DNA of 64,000 nt from an uncultured Spirochaetota bacterium (GTDB lineage Bacteria; Spirochaetota; Brevinematia; Brevinematales; JAOACQ01): contig CAWAOD010000005.1 of NCBI GenBank assembly GCA_963783575.1, positions 192,001 through 256,000 of the forward strand, given 5' to 3'. Both the position numbers and the translations under genes were made by a program. Below are positions 30,693-40,127 of this stretch, in pieces; the first letter of the stretch is position 1, and each line of letters begins with the position of its first letter. A model generated the notes under the pieces. That model was given only the letters and a program-made list of their open reading frames with translations, was not told the DNA's origin and did no database searches.

Positions 30693-31046
30693 ATGAAAGA
30701 AAAAAAATGGATCGCTGTAAAAATAGAAAAGAGCTTTTTTATTGTTCATATTGTCACAAAAAGTGGAGTGCACAAAATACAGAGGTATTCATTGAAAAAA
30801 TCCGGGATCAGTGAATTTATGAAGGAACTGGATTATGATACGGTTATTAACATAGAAAAAAACGATAACATACAGAAATTTATAGAAAAAATCAAAGGGC
30901 TGATAAAAGACTGTTCCGTGTTGAATAAATTGGAATTGCTGGAATTCAACGGTTATTTTGATGAAAGTAATATGGATGCAGCATATGATATTGAAAGTAA
31001 AATAACAGATAATATCGAAACGGAAAATCAGGTAAGTTTAAAATAG
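30693..31046 (+). CDS. 117-aa protein resembling a degenerate IS110 RuvC-like (DEDD) N-terminal domain
   Basis: First ORF after P6; paralog at 12345; pattern WIAVKIEKSFFIVHIV...G..EF...L...TVINIE...VLN. Confidence applies to the CDS; the family call is weaker. Confidence 0.7.
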   Translation: MKEKKWIAVKIEKSFFIVHIVTKSGVHKIQRYSLKKSGISEFMKELDYDTVINIEKNDNIQKFIEKIKGLIKDCSVLNKLELLEFNGYFDESNMDAAYDIESKITDNIETENQVSLK

Positions 31047-31186
31047 CTTTATCTTGATAAAACTTTTGACATTAGGCTAATAAATATAGGGGGGTACTTA
31101 TGTAATAATTAACTTTAAAAAGTTTTTAGAATAGTTACGAAAGTGAAAAAAAAGCGCAAAGCCAGTAAAAAAGGAGGATTTTCATC

Positions 31187-32384
31187 GTGAAAACAAAAAT
31201 TTCGTTAGTGTTAATGTTTTTAGTAATTGGACTTTCCGGATGCAGTCTTGATATCCAACAGCATCCTAGTGATACACAGAACAAGAGTTTGGATTCTGGA
31301 AACTTAACAAGATCGGTGTCAGCTGCGATACCTATATCAACTACTTATACCACTTCAGATCCAACGGGGCGTGTTATGCCTGATGATAACTGTGTCTATG
31401 TGTATACATCAAGTGACTTAGATCAGTCTGGCAGCTGGCCAATGAATCAAACACGTGCTTTTCGTGCACCAAATACAGCAGATCCAGCCAGTTTTGTTTT
31501 TCAGCCTGTTAATGATAATGGCGGGGTGATACTTAATGAAAGTCAAATACCCTGGGTAACAGGGTCGCCTAATCACTTATGGGCTCCGGATTGTGTATAT
31601 GAATTTGATAATTATTGGGATAAAAGTTATTATTTATATTTTCCGGACATAATAAATAATAATGGTACGCAATCCAGGATCGGTGTAGCGACTGCCTCAA
31701 CCCCTGATGCTGCTGCTGGTTATGGTACTGCCGGCGGTTTTTACCCAGAGGCCAATTATATACAAGGTATTGGTACTACGGCAAATAGCGGCTATGCAAG
31801 TGATCCGTGTATATTTCAAAGTTATCCGGGTGGTCCTTCCTGGCTGGTATATTGTACCGGAGATTGGAATACTACTCAAACAAAAGGGATGCTTGCCATG
31901 GCAAAATTGAATAGTGATATGAAAACCGTACGTTCAGGATCAGATAAAGCAATAACTATAACTGGCTTACCCAGCAAGTATGTTTATTTAGAAGGACCAT
32001 ATTTAATTGAATCTTATATAGCCGGAAAAAATAGATTTTATCTGATGTTCTCCGCTAAAGCGAATGACAATAATCAACAGGACCTTTGTTATGCTATGGC
32101 TGATGATTCCTACCCGCCTATTTGGGTACCGCCATATACCTTCACATACAAAGGCGTTATTATGCCGGGTAAAACTGGTGTAGCGAGCAGTAACTGGACC
32201 GATCATGGTTCTATTTGTATGACTTATGCTAATGGTGTTATGAAATATGTTTTATTCTATCATGAAGGTGATCAGACACCGGCAAATGGTCATGCCGGGA
32301 AATCTAAGGCATGCATATATGAAGGTTAGTGACCCATTTTTTAATACTACTGATGGAACAATAAATGTCCCGATAAATCCTTAA
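31187..32384 (+). CDS. GH43 catalytic-domain lipoprotein; ORF stops at 32329, probable frameshift extends it to 32384
   Basis: RBS AGGAGG, GTG start, LSGC; TSDP, LWAPD, ASDP, LEGP; shifted frame reads VSDPFFNTTDGTINVP, like paralog FNSDGTIP. Confidence 0.85.
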
Positions 32385-32421
32385 AAGTTGTATCAATAAC
32401 CTTTTTATTAACCAACCCGGA

Positions 32422-32449
32422 AGTTCATGCGGTTCCGGACGCATGAACT
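32422..32449. terminator. Hairpin after the GH43 gene
   Basis: AGTTCATGCG-8 nt-CGCATGAACT, no clear T-tail. Confidence 0.4.
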
Positions 32450-32697
32450 ATCTACATTGGTGCTTTACATATGGGTGATTTAATATTGCAGCTGAATATG
32501 GGAAAGCAAGTGAATAATTTGTATTAATCACTCTTATTTTTATGCTCTTAAAATTATTCGGATAATTGTCTTATTAGATGATTATTTTATGGAAAGTGAT
32601 ATATAAGAAAAACCGGATGATTTTTAATAAAAGGCTTTAGTTTAAAAAAGTCATGATCAGGCTATATATTACCACCAATTTCTATAGGAGGAAAGTT

Positions 32698-33756
32698 ATG
32701 AAAAAATCTAGGTTGATTTCGTTTGGCGGTTTTATCTTGATTTTAGCTCTCATAGTAGGGTGCAGTATTTTTAACCAAAGTGTGAGCAACCAGAGTGCGA
32801 AAGAATATTCGAATGGAAACATGCGCGCCGGTTCCATAACCACATACGGTAAACCGTTATTTCCTTACCCAAATTCTTCAGACCCGTCGGTAAGGCACTT
32901 TTATTATTTACACCCCAAAACCGGCGGCGAGCTTTATCTTTACACTACAAGCGATTTAAACGGCCACGCCTTTCCGATTAGCAATATTTATGTTTATGAT
33001 ACTGTTGATGAGGTCTGGTGGTATTATCTCGGTACTCCGGTGTTGACCGAAACAGATTTCAAATGGTGTTTGCCACAAAAGCACTTATGGGCTCCCGATT
33101 GTTACCAGAATCCTCATAATGGTATCTATTATCTGTTTGTACCCGCAATGGACTCAAACGGAGTGTCGAGAATAGGTATTGCTACAAACAACAACCCCTT
33201 GACCCATTTTACAGCTCTTCCGAATTACCTCCAGGGTATAGAAGGCTATGCCAGCGATCCGGGAATATTCTATGACTATTATAGCGCCAGCGACTACATA
33301 GTTTATAATACCGGCCCTGCTCCCTATGGAACAATTGCCATGGCAGTATTAAGCCTGGATTATCAAAGCGCAACTCAGATTGAATTAACGATAAACGGTG
33401 CTCCTGACACATACATGGAAGGCCCGGCACTGGGTTCATTCGTTGGTAATACCTACTGTTTATACTTCGCAATGTATACCAATGCCCCCTTCAACAAAGA
33501 ATGTATAGCCTATGCGACGGCCGACAAAGTCACAGGCCCCTATACCTATCAAGGTGTGATCATGGATCCGAATGCCAAAGAAGGGTCCATTCAGGCCTCC
33601 ATTATGTGGTGGAACAATCACTGGTCCTTCTACTATCATGATAATCAGGGCTCAAGCCCCGGATACAACAGGAAAGTATGCGCCGAATATCTGACCATTA
33701 ATCCCGATGGCACAATTCCAAAAATTTACAGAACAACATTAGGGCTTACAAATTAA
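32698..33756 (+). CDS. GH43 catalytic-domain lipoprotein
   Basis: RBS AGGAGG and ATG 32698; IVGC lipobox; SSDP, LWAPD, ASDP, MEGP. Confidence 0.9.
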   Translation: MKKSRLISFGGFILILALIVGCSIFNQSVSNQSAKEYSNGNMRAGSITTYGKPLFPYPNSSDPSVRHFYYLHPKTGGELYLYTTSDLNGHAFPISNIYVYDTVDEVWWYYLGTPVLTETDFKWCLPQKHLWAPDCYQNPHNGIYYLFVPAMDSNGVSRIGIATNNNPLTHFTALPNYLQGIEGYASDPGIFYDYYSASDYIVYNTGPAPYGTIAMAVLSLDYQSATQIELTINGAPDTYMEGPALGSFVGNTYCLYFAMYTNAPFNKECIAYATADKVTGPYTYQGVIMDPNAKEGSIQASIMWWNNHWSFYYHDNQGSSPGYNRKVCAEYLTINPDGTIPKIYRTTLGLTN

Positions 33757-33778
33757 GCTCTTATAACCAAATAAATAT

Positions 33779-33812
33779 GCGGCTCTTGCGGTAATGCAAG
33801 CGCCGCTTTTTT
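33779..33812 (+). terminator. Intrinsic terminator
   Basis: GCGGCTCTTGC...GCAAGCGCCGC followed by T6. Confidence 0.7.
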
Positions 33813-34160
33813 AAGATCTTTAAACAGGGAATAATGATAACATAGTCTGGCATGTCGGCTAAAAAAGTCAATAAATAACCCTTTCAGCCGCTGCCTATCA
33901 CCTGCCAAATGCTGGCAGGGACATAAAAAAACCATAAAGTACGGATTGATATACGCCGATCCTTTTATAAGCAAGCGTATGAATCCTATGCAATAATGGC
34001 CAATTTTCACATTTCATCTGCTATAAATTGGACAGCGGTTATTACACCAGGCTGCAATCAAAAATTTGATACTGGTATGGACTTTAGCTATACGCTTTTC
34101 TAAATGGCCGTGTACCTTTTTTTATATTTTCTTAAGAAAAATAAATAGCTGGTATTAAGA

Positions 34161-34778
34161 ATGAATGACATTGATTATAATAATTATTTTCCCGGATTAA
34201 ATAGCCTTTTTCTTGTATATGATGAATTGGACAGTTTGATAAATACTTATCATAATGGAACCGGTTTGAATTGCAGCTCCGGGTGTGATAAATGCTGCTT
34301 GAAACCCCAGGAAAATATAGAAGCGTCGGTTTATGAACTTTTACCGTTAGGGATTCATCTATGGCGGAACGGTAAAGCTGATGATATTTTGAAGTCTATA
34401 GATGGTGATAATAATGAATTCTGCTCTTTATACAATCCTTCTCCTGGAAATGAAAAAGGCGGCTGCCGGTATTATTGTTTCAGGCCGCTGGTTTGCAGGC
34501 TATTCGGGATATACGGTTTTTATAATAAATTCGGTGTCCTGAAAACCTCTATCTGTAAATATATTAAACCTGACAATAATGTAAATTCCTTATGTAATAA
34601 AATTGAAAACTTCCCTCCCGTCAATACATATTTTTATCAAAAAATATCATCCCTTAATCCCTATCTAACGGCTAATATGTATCCAATTAACCAGGCAATA
34701 AAGCAGGCAATTGAAAAAACATGGATTTTTAACCGCCTGACTTCTCAAAACAGGAATGAAATATTAACGACAATTTAA
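34161..34778 (+). CDS. YkgJ-family cysteine-cluster protein
   Basis: CSSGCDKCC and GCRYYCFRPLVCRLFG. Confidence 0.85.
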   Translation: MNDIDYNNYFPGLNSLFLVYDELDSLINTYHNGTGLNCSSGCDKCCLKPQENIEASVYELLPLGIHLWRNGKADDILKSIDGDNNEFCSLYNPSPGNEKGGCRYYCFRPLVCRLFGIYGFYNKFGVLKTSICKYIKPDNNVNSLCNKIENFPPVNTYFYQKISSLNPYLTANMYPINQAIKQAIEKTWIFNRLTSQNRNEILTTI

Positions 34779-35161
34779 GATTATAATTTTATTATTCGGA
34801 TGCACAACATTATAATATTGGATAAGATGAGACTAAACTAGGCATTTCTTATTGAGATATAATAAATTATAATACAATATGTTAATATTTAAAATATATA
34901 ATCAGATATAATATGATATATAACAGTATAAATATTTTAAATGTTAAATTAATAGGGATTAATCATTAATTTTATCAATATAATATTTGCGTTTTTTTAT
35001 TTTTCATAGTAATCTTTATCAGGGTGGGATTTATCTTTTTCTCTTCTATTCCCGGAATATTTTTTAAACAGTTGTGATGTCTGTCGAATATCTGTCCTTA
35101 ATAGTGTTTTATCAAGAAAGAAGGTTTTTATTGATAAAATTTTTATAGGAGGATCATAGAT

Positions 35162-37045
35162 ATGAACAGGATTGTTTTTGCGGCTGTTTTTCTGGCTTAT
35201 ATTATCTCTGGATGCAGTACAACACCTTCATCAGCATCAAATTCTTCCAGTTCGAGCCAGAATATCTCAAGCTCCGCAAATTCGAGTAGTGCAAATTCGA
35301 GTAGTGCGAATTCTAGCACAGCATCTTCAATCTCGGGGGCTGGCTTTACGGTGGCTTTCATTACAAACAATGGAAGCAGTGTTACAAACCTGACGGTTGC
35401 CAGTAATTCGCTATTGGCGGAACCGGTTCCGCCGTTATATTACTGCCATGCCCTCCAGGGATGGTATAAAGACTCCGCTTTCACCACCACCTGGAATTTT
35501 ACAAGCGATACCGTTATATCCAACGTCACAATTTACGCGAAATGGCTTGTTTCAACACCGGGCCTTGCTTTCACATCTATCAATAACATGAACGCATACA
35601 GCGTTTCATGCGGAACAGCGGGCATTAGTAATTCAATTATCGTTCCGGCATACTGGGCGGGCAGAAAAGTAATGGCGATTGAATCAGTGGGATTTACAAA
35701 CGATATGACGCTTAATAACATTACTCTACCGGACAATATTACGGATATCGGCAGTTACGCTTTTCAAAACTGCTCCAATCTGGCCGGCATCACAATTCCT
35801 GCCGGGGTTACCTATCTTGAAGATTACACTTTCTATAACTGTGTAAGTTTAGCCTATGTTTCAAATTTATCATGGGTAGACTCCATAGGAACATCTGCTT
35901 TTAACGGATGCGGAAATTTAACAAATGTGATACTTTCCGGCACTCTGACGAATATCGGTAATAGCGCCTTCAGCGGATGCAGCAGTCTTACCAATATAAC
36001 CATTCCATCAATGGTCCTAAACATAGGGGATTATCTGTTTGAAGGATGCAGCAAACTTGCCAAAGTTTCAATCATGGGAGCTGTTACAAATATCGGAACC
36101 AGCGTATTTCAAGAATGCAGCAATATTTCTAGCCTGACTATTCCGAACAGCGTTCAAAAAATCGGCGGTGGTTTGTTTTGGGACTGCACTAGCCTTACTA
36201 ATGTGGTTCTTCCCTCCGGCATTTCTGACATAGGTTACGGTACATTTTTTTCATGTAGCAGTCTTATGAATATTTCCATTCCGGCCGGTGTCCAGAGTAT
36301 TGGTATTGACGCGTTCGGCTTATGCATTAGGCTGACTAATGTAGCCATTTCTGGCAGTGCTTTGACCAACATCGGCGAGAACGCGTTTTTAAATTGCAGT
36401 AATCTGATCAATATCATGCTTCCGGCATCTGTTTCAAGTATAGGAGGATATGCATTTGATAAATGTGCAGGCTTAACAAACTTTACCCTACCCGCCAGCC
36501 TTAGAATAATCGGGACCTATGCCTTTAATTACTGCAGTAACATCATCAGTTTATCCATCCCCGGAACTGTTGCAAAAATTGAGGAAATGGCTTTTTTTGG
36601 CTGCTATGGACTTACCAATCTTCAAATCGGTTACGGGGTTTCAGAAATAGGTTCAAATTCATTTTCATTGTGCACCAATATTAAAAATTTAGTCATCCCG
36701 AATTCCGTAATGAGCATCGATTACGAAGCGTTCAACCAATGCATCAGCCTTACCAATCTCCAGCTCAGCACAGTAATTACTAATATTGGCGATAGCGCTT
36801 TCGGTGTCTGCCGCAATATTTCAAACCTGATATTGCCGGCAAGCCTTCGAAGCATGGGGAATTATACCTTTGACGGCTGCGGAGGTCTGACAAATGTTAC
36901 TGTTCTTGCAACCACGCCGCCTGTTATCGGAAGTTCCAACTTTGCTTCCAGCTTCGGTCTAATCTCCATTCATGTACCATCAGGGAGTTTACCGGCATAT
37001 ACAAACGCTCCGGGATGGAACATCTATTCAAACATAATACAATAA
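35162..37045 (+). CDS. BspA-type leucine-rich-repeat surface lipoprotein with an InlB B-repeat-like domain
   Basis: ISGC lipobox; Ser-rich linker; GWYKDSAFTTTWNF..D.V..N.TIYAKW; many IG..AF..C..L..I.LP repeats. Confidence 0.9.
   Translation: MNRIVFAAVFLAYIISGCSTTPSSASNSSSSSQNISSSANSSSANSSSANSSTASSISGAGFTVAFITNNGSSVTNLTVASNSLLAEPVPPLYYCHALQGWYKDSAFTTTWNFTSDTVISNVTIYAKWLVSTPGLAFTSINNMNAYSVSCGTAGISNSIIVPAYWAGRKVMAIESVGFTNDMTLNNITLPDNITDIGSYAFQNCSNLAGITIPAGVTYLEDYTFYNCVSLAYVSNLSWVDSIGTSAFNGCGNLTNVILSGTLTNIGNSAFSGCSSLTNITIPSMVLNIGDYLFEGCSKLAKVSIMGAVTNIGTSVFQECSNISSLTIPNSVQKIGGGLFWDCTSLTNVVLPSGISDIGYGTFFSCSSLMNISIPAGVQSIGIDAFGLCIRLTNVAISGSALTNIGENAFLNCSNLINIMLPASVSSIGGYAFDKCAGLTNFTLPASLRIIGTYAFNYCSNIISLSIPGTVAKIEEMAFFGCYGLTNLQIGYGVSEIGSNSFSLCTNIKNLVIPNSVMSIDYEAFNQCISLTNLQLSTVITNIGDSAFGVCRNISNLILPASLRSMGNYTFDGCGGLTNVTVLATTPPVIGSSNFASSFGLISIHVPSGSLPAYTNAPGWNIYSNIIQ
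35276..35320 (+). repeat. 15-bp tandem repeat encoding the ANSSS linker
   Basis: GCAAATTCGAGTAGT twice plus a degenerate third copy. Confidence 0.8.
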
Positions 37046-37064
37046 TAACGGAAATTATAACCGG

Positions 37065-37093
37065 GGGGCTGTCTTTATGACAGCCCCTTTTTT
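37065..37093 (+). terminator. Intrinsic terminator
   Basis: GGGGCTGTC-TTTAT-GACAGCCCC followed by T6. Confidence 0.8.
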
Positions 37094-37195
37094 CTATTTG
37101 TACAAGCCGATTTTCTAACAATATTTTTTTTATTTCCGATAAATTTATATACTGCCTTAATCTGATTTTCAATGATTTTTTATAAAGGAATTGAT

Positions 37196-38386
37196 ATGAA
37201 GAAAACCGGATTTATCCTTTTATTATTGATCTCGGGCTCGTTTCTTTATTCACAAGTCGCCACCCGAAACGACCCTCAGGCTTATATTGTATATAAACAG
37301 GGTAATGAAATGTACAAGGTCAAAAAATATGATGACGCGAAGAATTATTATCTTCAGTTAATCAACGAGTACCCGGATTCCAAATTTGTTCCATATTCAA
37401 TCTATATGCTTTCATTTATGGAGACTGATTATATAAAAATCATAGATTATCTAAGTCTTATAAAAGATAAGTATCCTGAATTCAGGTATTGGACAAACTC
37501 GGTTGAAAAACTGGCTGATATTTTTTATGTGATGGGTAATCATGTCGCCGCCATCGATCAATACAAAATGATAAACACAGATAAAGCTTATTATATGCTT
37601 TCCCTGATTTATTCCGCGAACGGATACCAGGATCTTGCGTTATCAAATGTTAACAAGCTTCTTATTCAGACTAAAGATAACAGCCTTGCTTATAAGGGAT
37701 TTATAATCGAATCCAAAATTTACCTTGATACAAAAAAATATACGGAAGTTTATCCGATCCTTCAGCAGGCTTTGAAATTACGTAAATGGGCATTTGACAA
37801 TGGGTCGAGAATACTTTTTTATGCGGGGAAATACTATTTTTACAGGAACGAGATTGAGAACCATTTTGAAAAATCACTGTATATATTTTCACTTCTGAAG
37901 ACTAAATTCCCCCTTTCGGTTGAGGCATCGCTGGTAAATCCTTATATTGATTATTTTAATAAGAATAATATTGTAAAAATTGATTATGTCCGCTGGATTA
38001 ATGATGAATTTGCCGCACCAGCTGAGGTGCCGTATCAAAATCAGACGGTAAGCGTACTTGATGAACTGGAGAATAAAGCGGAAAAAGTTTCCTCTGCTGC
38101 GGAGGGAGCCGAGGGTAATATGATAAAAGCCGGCATTCTTGAATATGCTGTCCGAATCGGCGAATATAAAGATTTAAGCGTCGCCAATCTTGTAGCCAAA
38201 GACATTGTTCGCAGCGGTTACAATTTCCCACTCGGTATTTATTATCGCAATGATATGTATTATGCCGAAATCAGGGGGATCAATAAGGTTGATGAAGCTA
38301 AAGATATTGCAAAAAAAATGATCGCTATGGGCTATACTGATACAAAAGTGATTGAATTTACCAAGGTTGTGGAATATAATAAATAG
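37196..38386 (+). CDS. Secreted TPR protein with a C-terminal SPOR-like domain
   Basis: Signal peptide; BamD-like TPR (YLQLINEYPDSK); YAVRIGEYK...A. Confidence 0.7.
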   Translation: MKKTGFILLLLISGSFLYSQVATRNDPQAYIVYKQGNEMYKVKKYDDAKNYYLQLINEYPDSKFVPYSIYMLSFMETDYIKIIDYLSLIKDKYPEFRYWTNSVEKLADIFYVMGNHVAAIDQYKMINTDKAYYMLSLIYSANGYQDLALSNVNKLLIQTKDNSLAYKGFIIESKIYLDTKKYTEVYPILQQALKLRKWAFDNGSRILFYAGKYYFYRNEIENHFEKSLYIFSLLKTKFPLSVEASLVNPYIDYFNKNNIVKIDYVRWINDEFAAPAEVPYQNQTVSVLDELENKAEKVSSAAEGAEGNMIKAGILEYAVRIGEYKDLSVANLVAKDIVRSGYNFPLGIYYRNDMYYAEIRGINKVDEAKDIAKKMIAMGYTDTKVIEFTKVVEYNK

Positions 38387-38397
38387 AAGCGGTCAAA

Positions 38398-39144
38398 TTA
38401 TCCGATGTCATTTATTAATGACAACGATGACAATTCTTTTCCAGTATGATCCGTGATTATAATTGCTATTAATTTCATAAGATCGGCTAAAACAGAATCG
38501 GAAAGCTTTTTACTTTCCAATTGTTCAGGATCGCTCATTTCCTCAATATCATACAAAAAACGCATTGTACCGCTACCAAGCTTTAACCTGAATTTTTCAT
38601 AACCGGTTCTATAATGATTTTGCGGATTGTTATTTTCGAGTCTTTGATAATATGGAAGAATCCCTTCATTTTTAATAATTTTCAGGGAAAGATAAAAAAC
38701 ATATTTTTTAAAATCTTCGCATTTTTCCATTTTGTCCATTACGGATAATAGTTTTCCAAATAATGTAAAGTTCGATTCATTAATCAGCAATTTATCAATA
38801 ATTTCAAAGATAAGATATAAATATGAGATTTTATCCAGACGGGAAGTGATTGATGTGTATGATTTGACTATGTTTACTTCTTTTAAAGAAAAGTAATTTA
38901 AATCATTGTTCCTGTACAGAATTCCCGAAACAAGATTTGATATGATTAGCGAGCTTCTCTTTCTGCTGTTTTCTTTATTCGAACCGAATGACGAAAACTC
39001 GATTTTTCCTTTTTCCCTGTCAATTGCCGTAAGGACTGCATTCCCCTCACCGAAGTCATTTTTTTTGATAATTATTCCGAAAAGAGGGATAAACCGGCTG
39101 TTTACCGGTAGTGGATTCCTTATACTTCCATTATGACCGGTCAT
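38398..39144 (-). CDS. recO: DNA repair protein RecO
   Basis: N-terminal GIIIKKNDFGEGNAVLTAIDREKGKI OB-fold pattern; size; C-terminal GKELSSL. Confidence 0.75.
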   Translation of the reverse strand: MTGHNGSIRNPLPVNSRFIPLFGIIIKKNDFGEGNAVLTAIDREKGKIEFSSFGSNKENSRKRSSLIISNLVSGILYRNNDLNYFSLKEVNIVKSYTSITSRLDKISYLYLIFEIIDKLLINESNFTLFGKLLSVMDKMEKCEDFKKYVFYLSLKIIKNEGILPYYQRLENNNPQNHYRTGYEKFRLKLGSGTMRFLYDIEEMSDPEQLESKKLSDSVLADLMKLIAIIITDHTGKELSSLSLINDIG

Positions 39145-39710
39145 TTTTCCCTTATTTCATAACTGATTTTTTCGACAATCTCATAATTTTTTAAATGTCC
39201 CCTTTTATCATAAAATTCTTTTACAATTGCAAAATTTCCTGCTCCTATATAATAGATCTTTCTGAATCTTCCGAGTTTTGAATAGTATTCTCTGGAAAGT
39301 TCGCGGATAACACAGTCAAAATGAACAGGCGAACCGGAAATTTTATGATGTACGGAAGTATATTGGTTACGTATAGGCATATTACAGATTTCACAGACAA
39401 AAATACCGCCCGCAATATTTTGATTTCCGCTTAATTCCTTTGTCGCTATTGATGAATTTACGTTTGCCTGATCCTTATTAATGCTGGCTTCCCCGTTAAA
39501 GATTATTTCTTCAGGTATAGGCGAATTAATTTCACTATCTTCAAAATCAGAAACGGGTCCGTTAAAGTCATTCTCCGCATGATTAACTATTGAATTATCA
39601 TCATTCTGATTACCAGACTGAAAATTTTGCGGCATGGGATTTACATCGTTTGGCCCTCTTTTATAATGAGGTTTTGTATTAAACCATTTTTTCTTTTTTT
39701 TATTAAACAT
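39141..39710 (-). CDS. Conserved hypothetical protein with CxxC...HFDC, resembling spirochaete proteins
   Basis: CEICNMPI...GSPVHFDCV...IYYIGAGNFAIV; RBS GGAGG; overlaps the recO start. Confidence 0.7.
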   Translation of the reverse strand: MFNKKKKKWFNTKPHYKRGPNDVNPMPQNFQSGNQNDDNSIVNHAENDFNGPVSDFEDSEINSPIPEEIIFNGEASINKDQANVNSSIATKELSGNQNIAGGIFVCEICNMPIRNQYTSVHHKISGSPVHFDCVIRELSREYYSKLGRFRKIYYIGAGNFAIVKEFYDKRGHLKNYEIVEKISYEIREK

Positions 39711-40127
39711 AACAACCTCCTGTAAAAATGTGTAAACCTATTTTAAAAACAAAGGATTTTTATGTGCTACATTGTCAATTTATTAAATATTATTTTATAA
39801 TAATATTTAATAAATTGATAATATTTAAATACAAACAAAAATTAAAATAATTAAATTTAATTTATAACCAAACTGATGATTTTTTATATTGTTTTTATTT
39901 GATAACAAGTGATTTCCTTGCATATGCTCAGCCGAAAGTCGGTTAGCCGGTTAGTCGTTAAAATAAAATATTGCTTAACTAAAAAACTAACAAACTAACT
40001 GACTGATAATACAAGGCTTTAGACATTGGTGATTGAATAAATTTTGTGAAAATTGCTCAGTTTAGGTTATATTTTAACCGATATTTTCTTATGATATCAA
40101 ATGTTATCAATATGTGAGGTAAATAAT

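Noticed and set aside
7300..31100. Repeated intergenic blocks as a CRISPR array or integron attC cassettes
   Set aside because: Repeats are hundreds of bp, irregularly spaced and carry promoters; no cas genes, integrase or attC ends
9822..33756. Diversity-generating retroelement or shufflon acting on the GH43 cassettes
   Set aside because: No reverse transcriptase, template repeat or recombinase; divergence is spread over whole genes
34072..34089. CTGGTATGGACTTTAGCT as a seventh sigma54 promoter
   Set aside because: GG-to-GC spacing is off by one and no upstream palindromes are present
34790..35000. Very AT-rich tracts (also ~39770-39900) as a replication origin
   Set aside because: No DnaA-box cluster or replication genes seen
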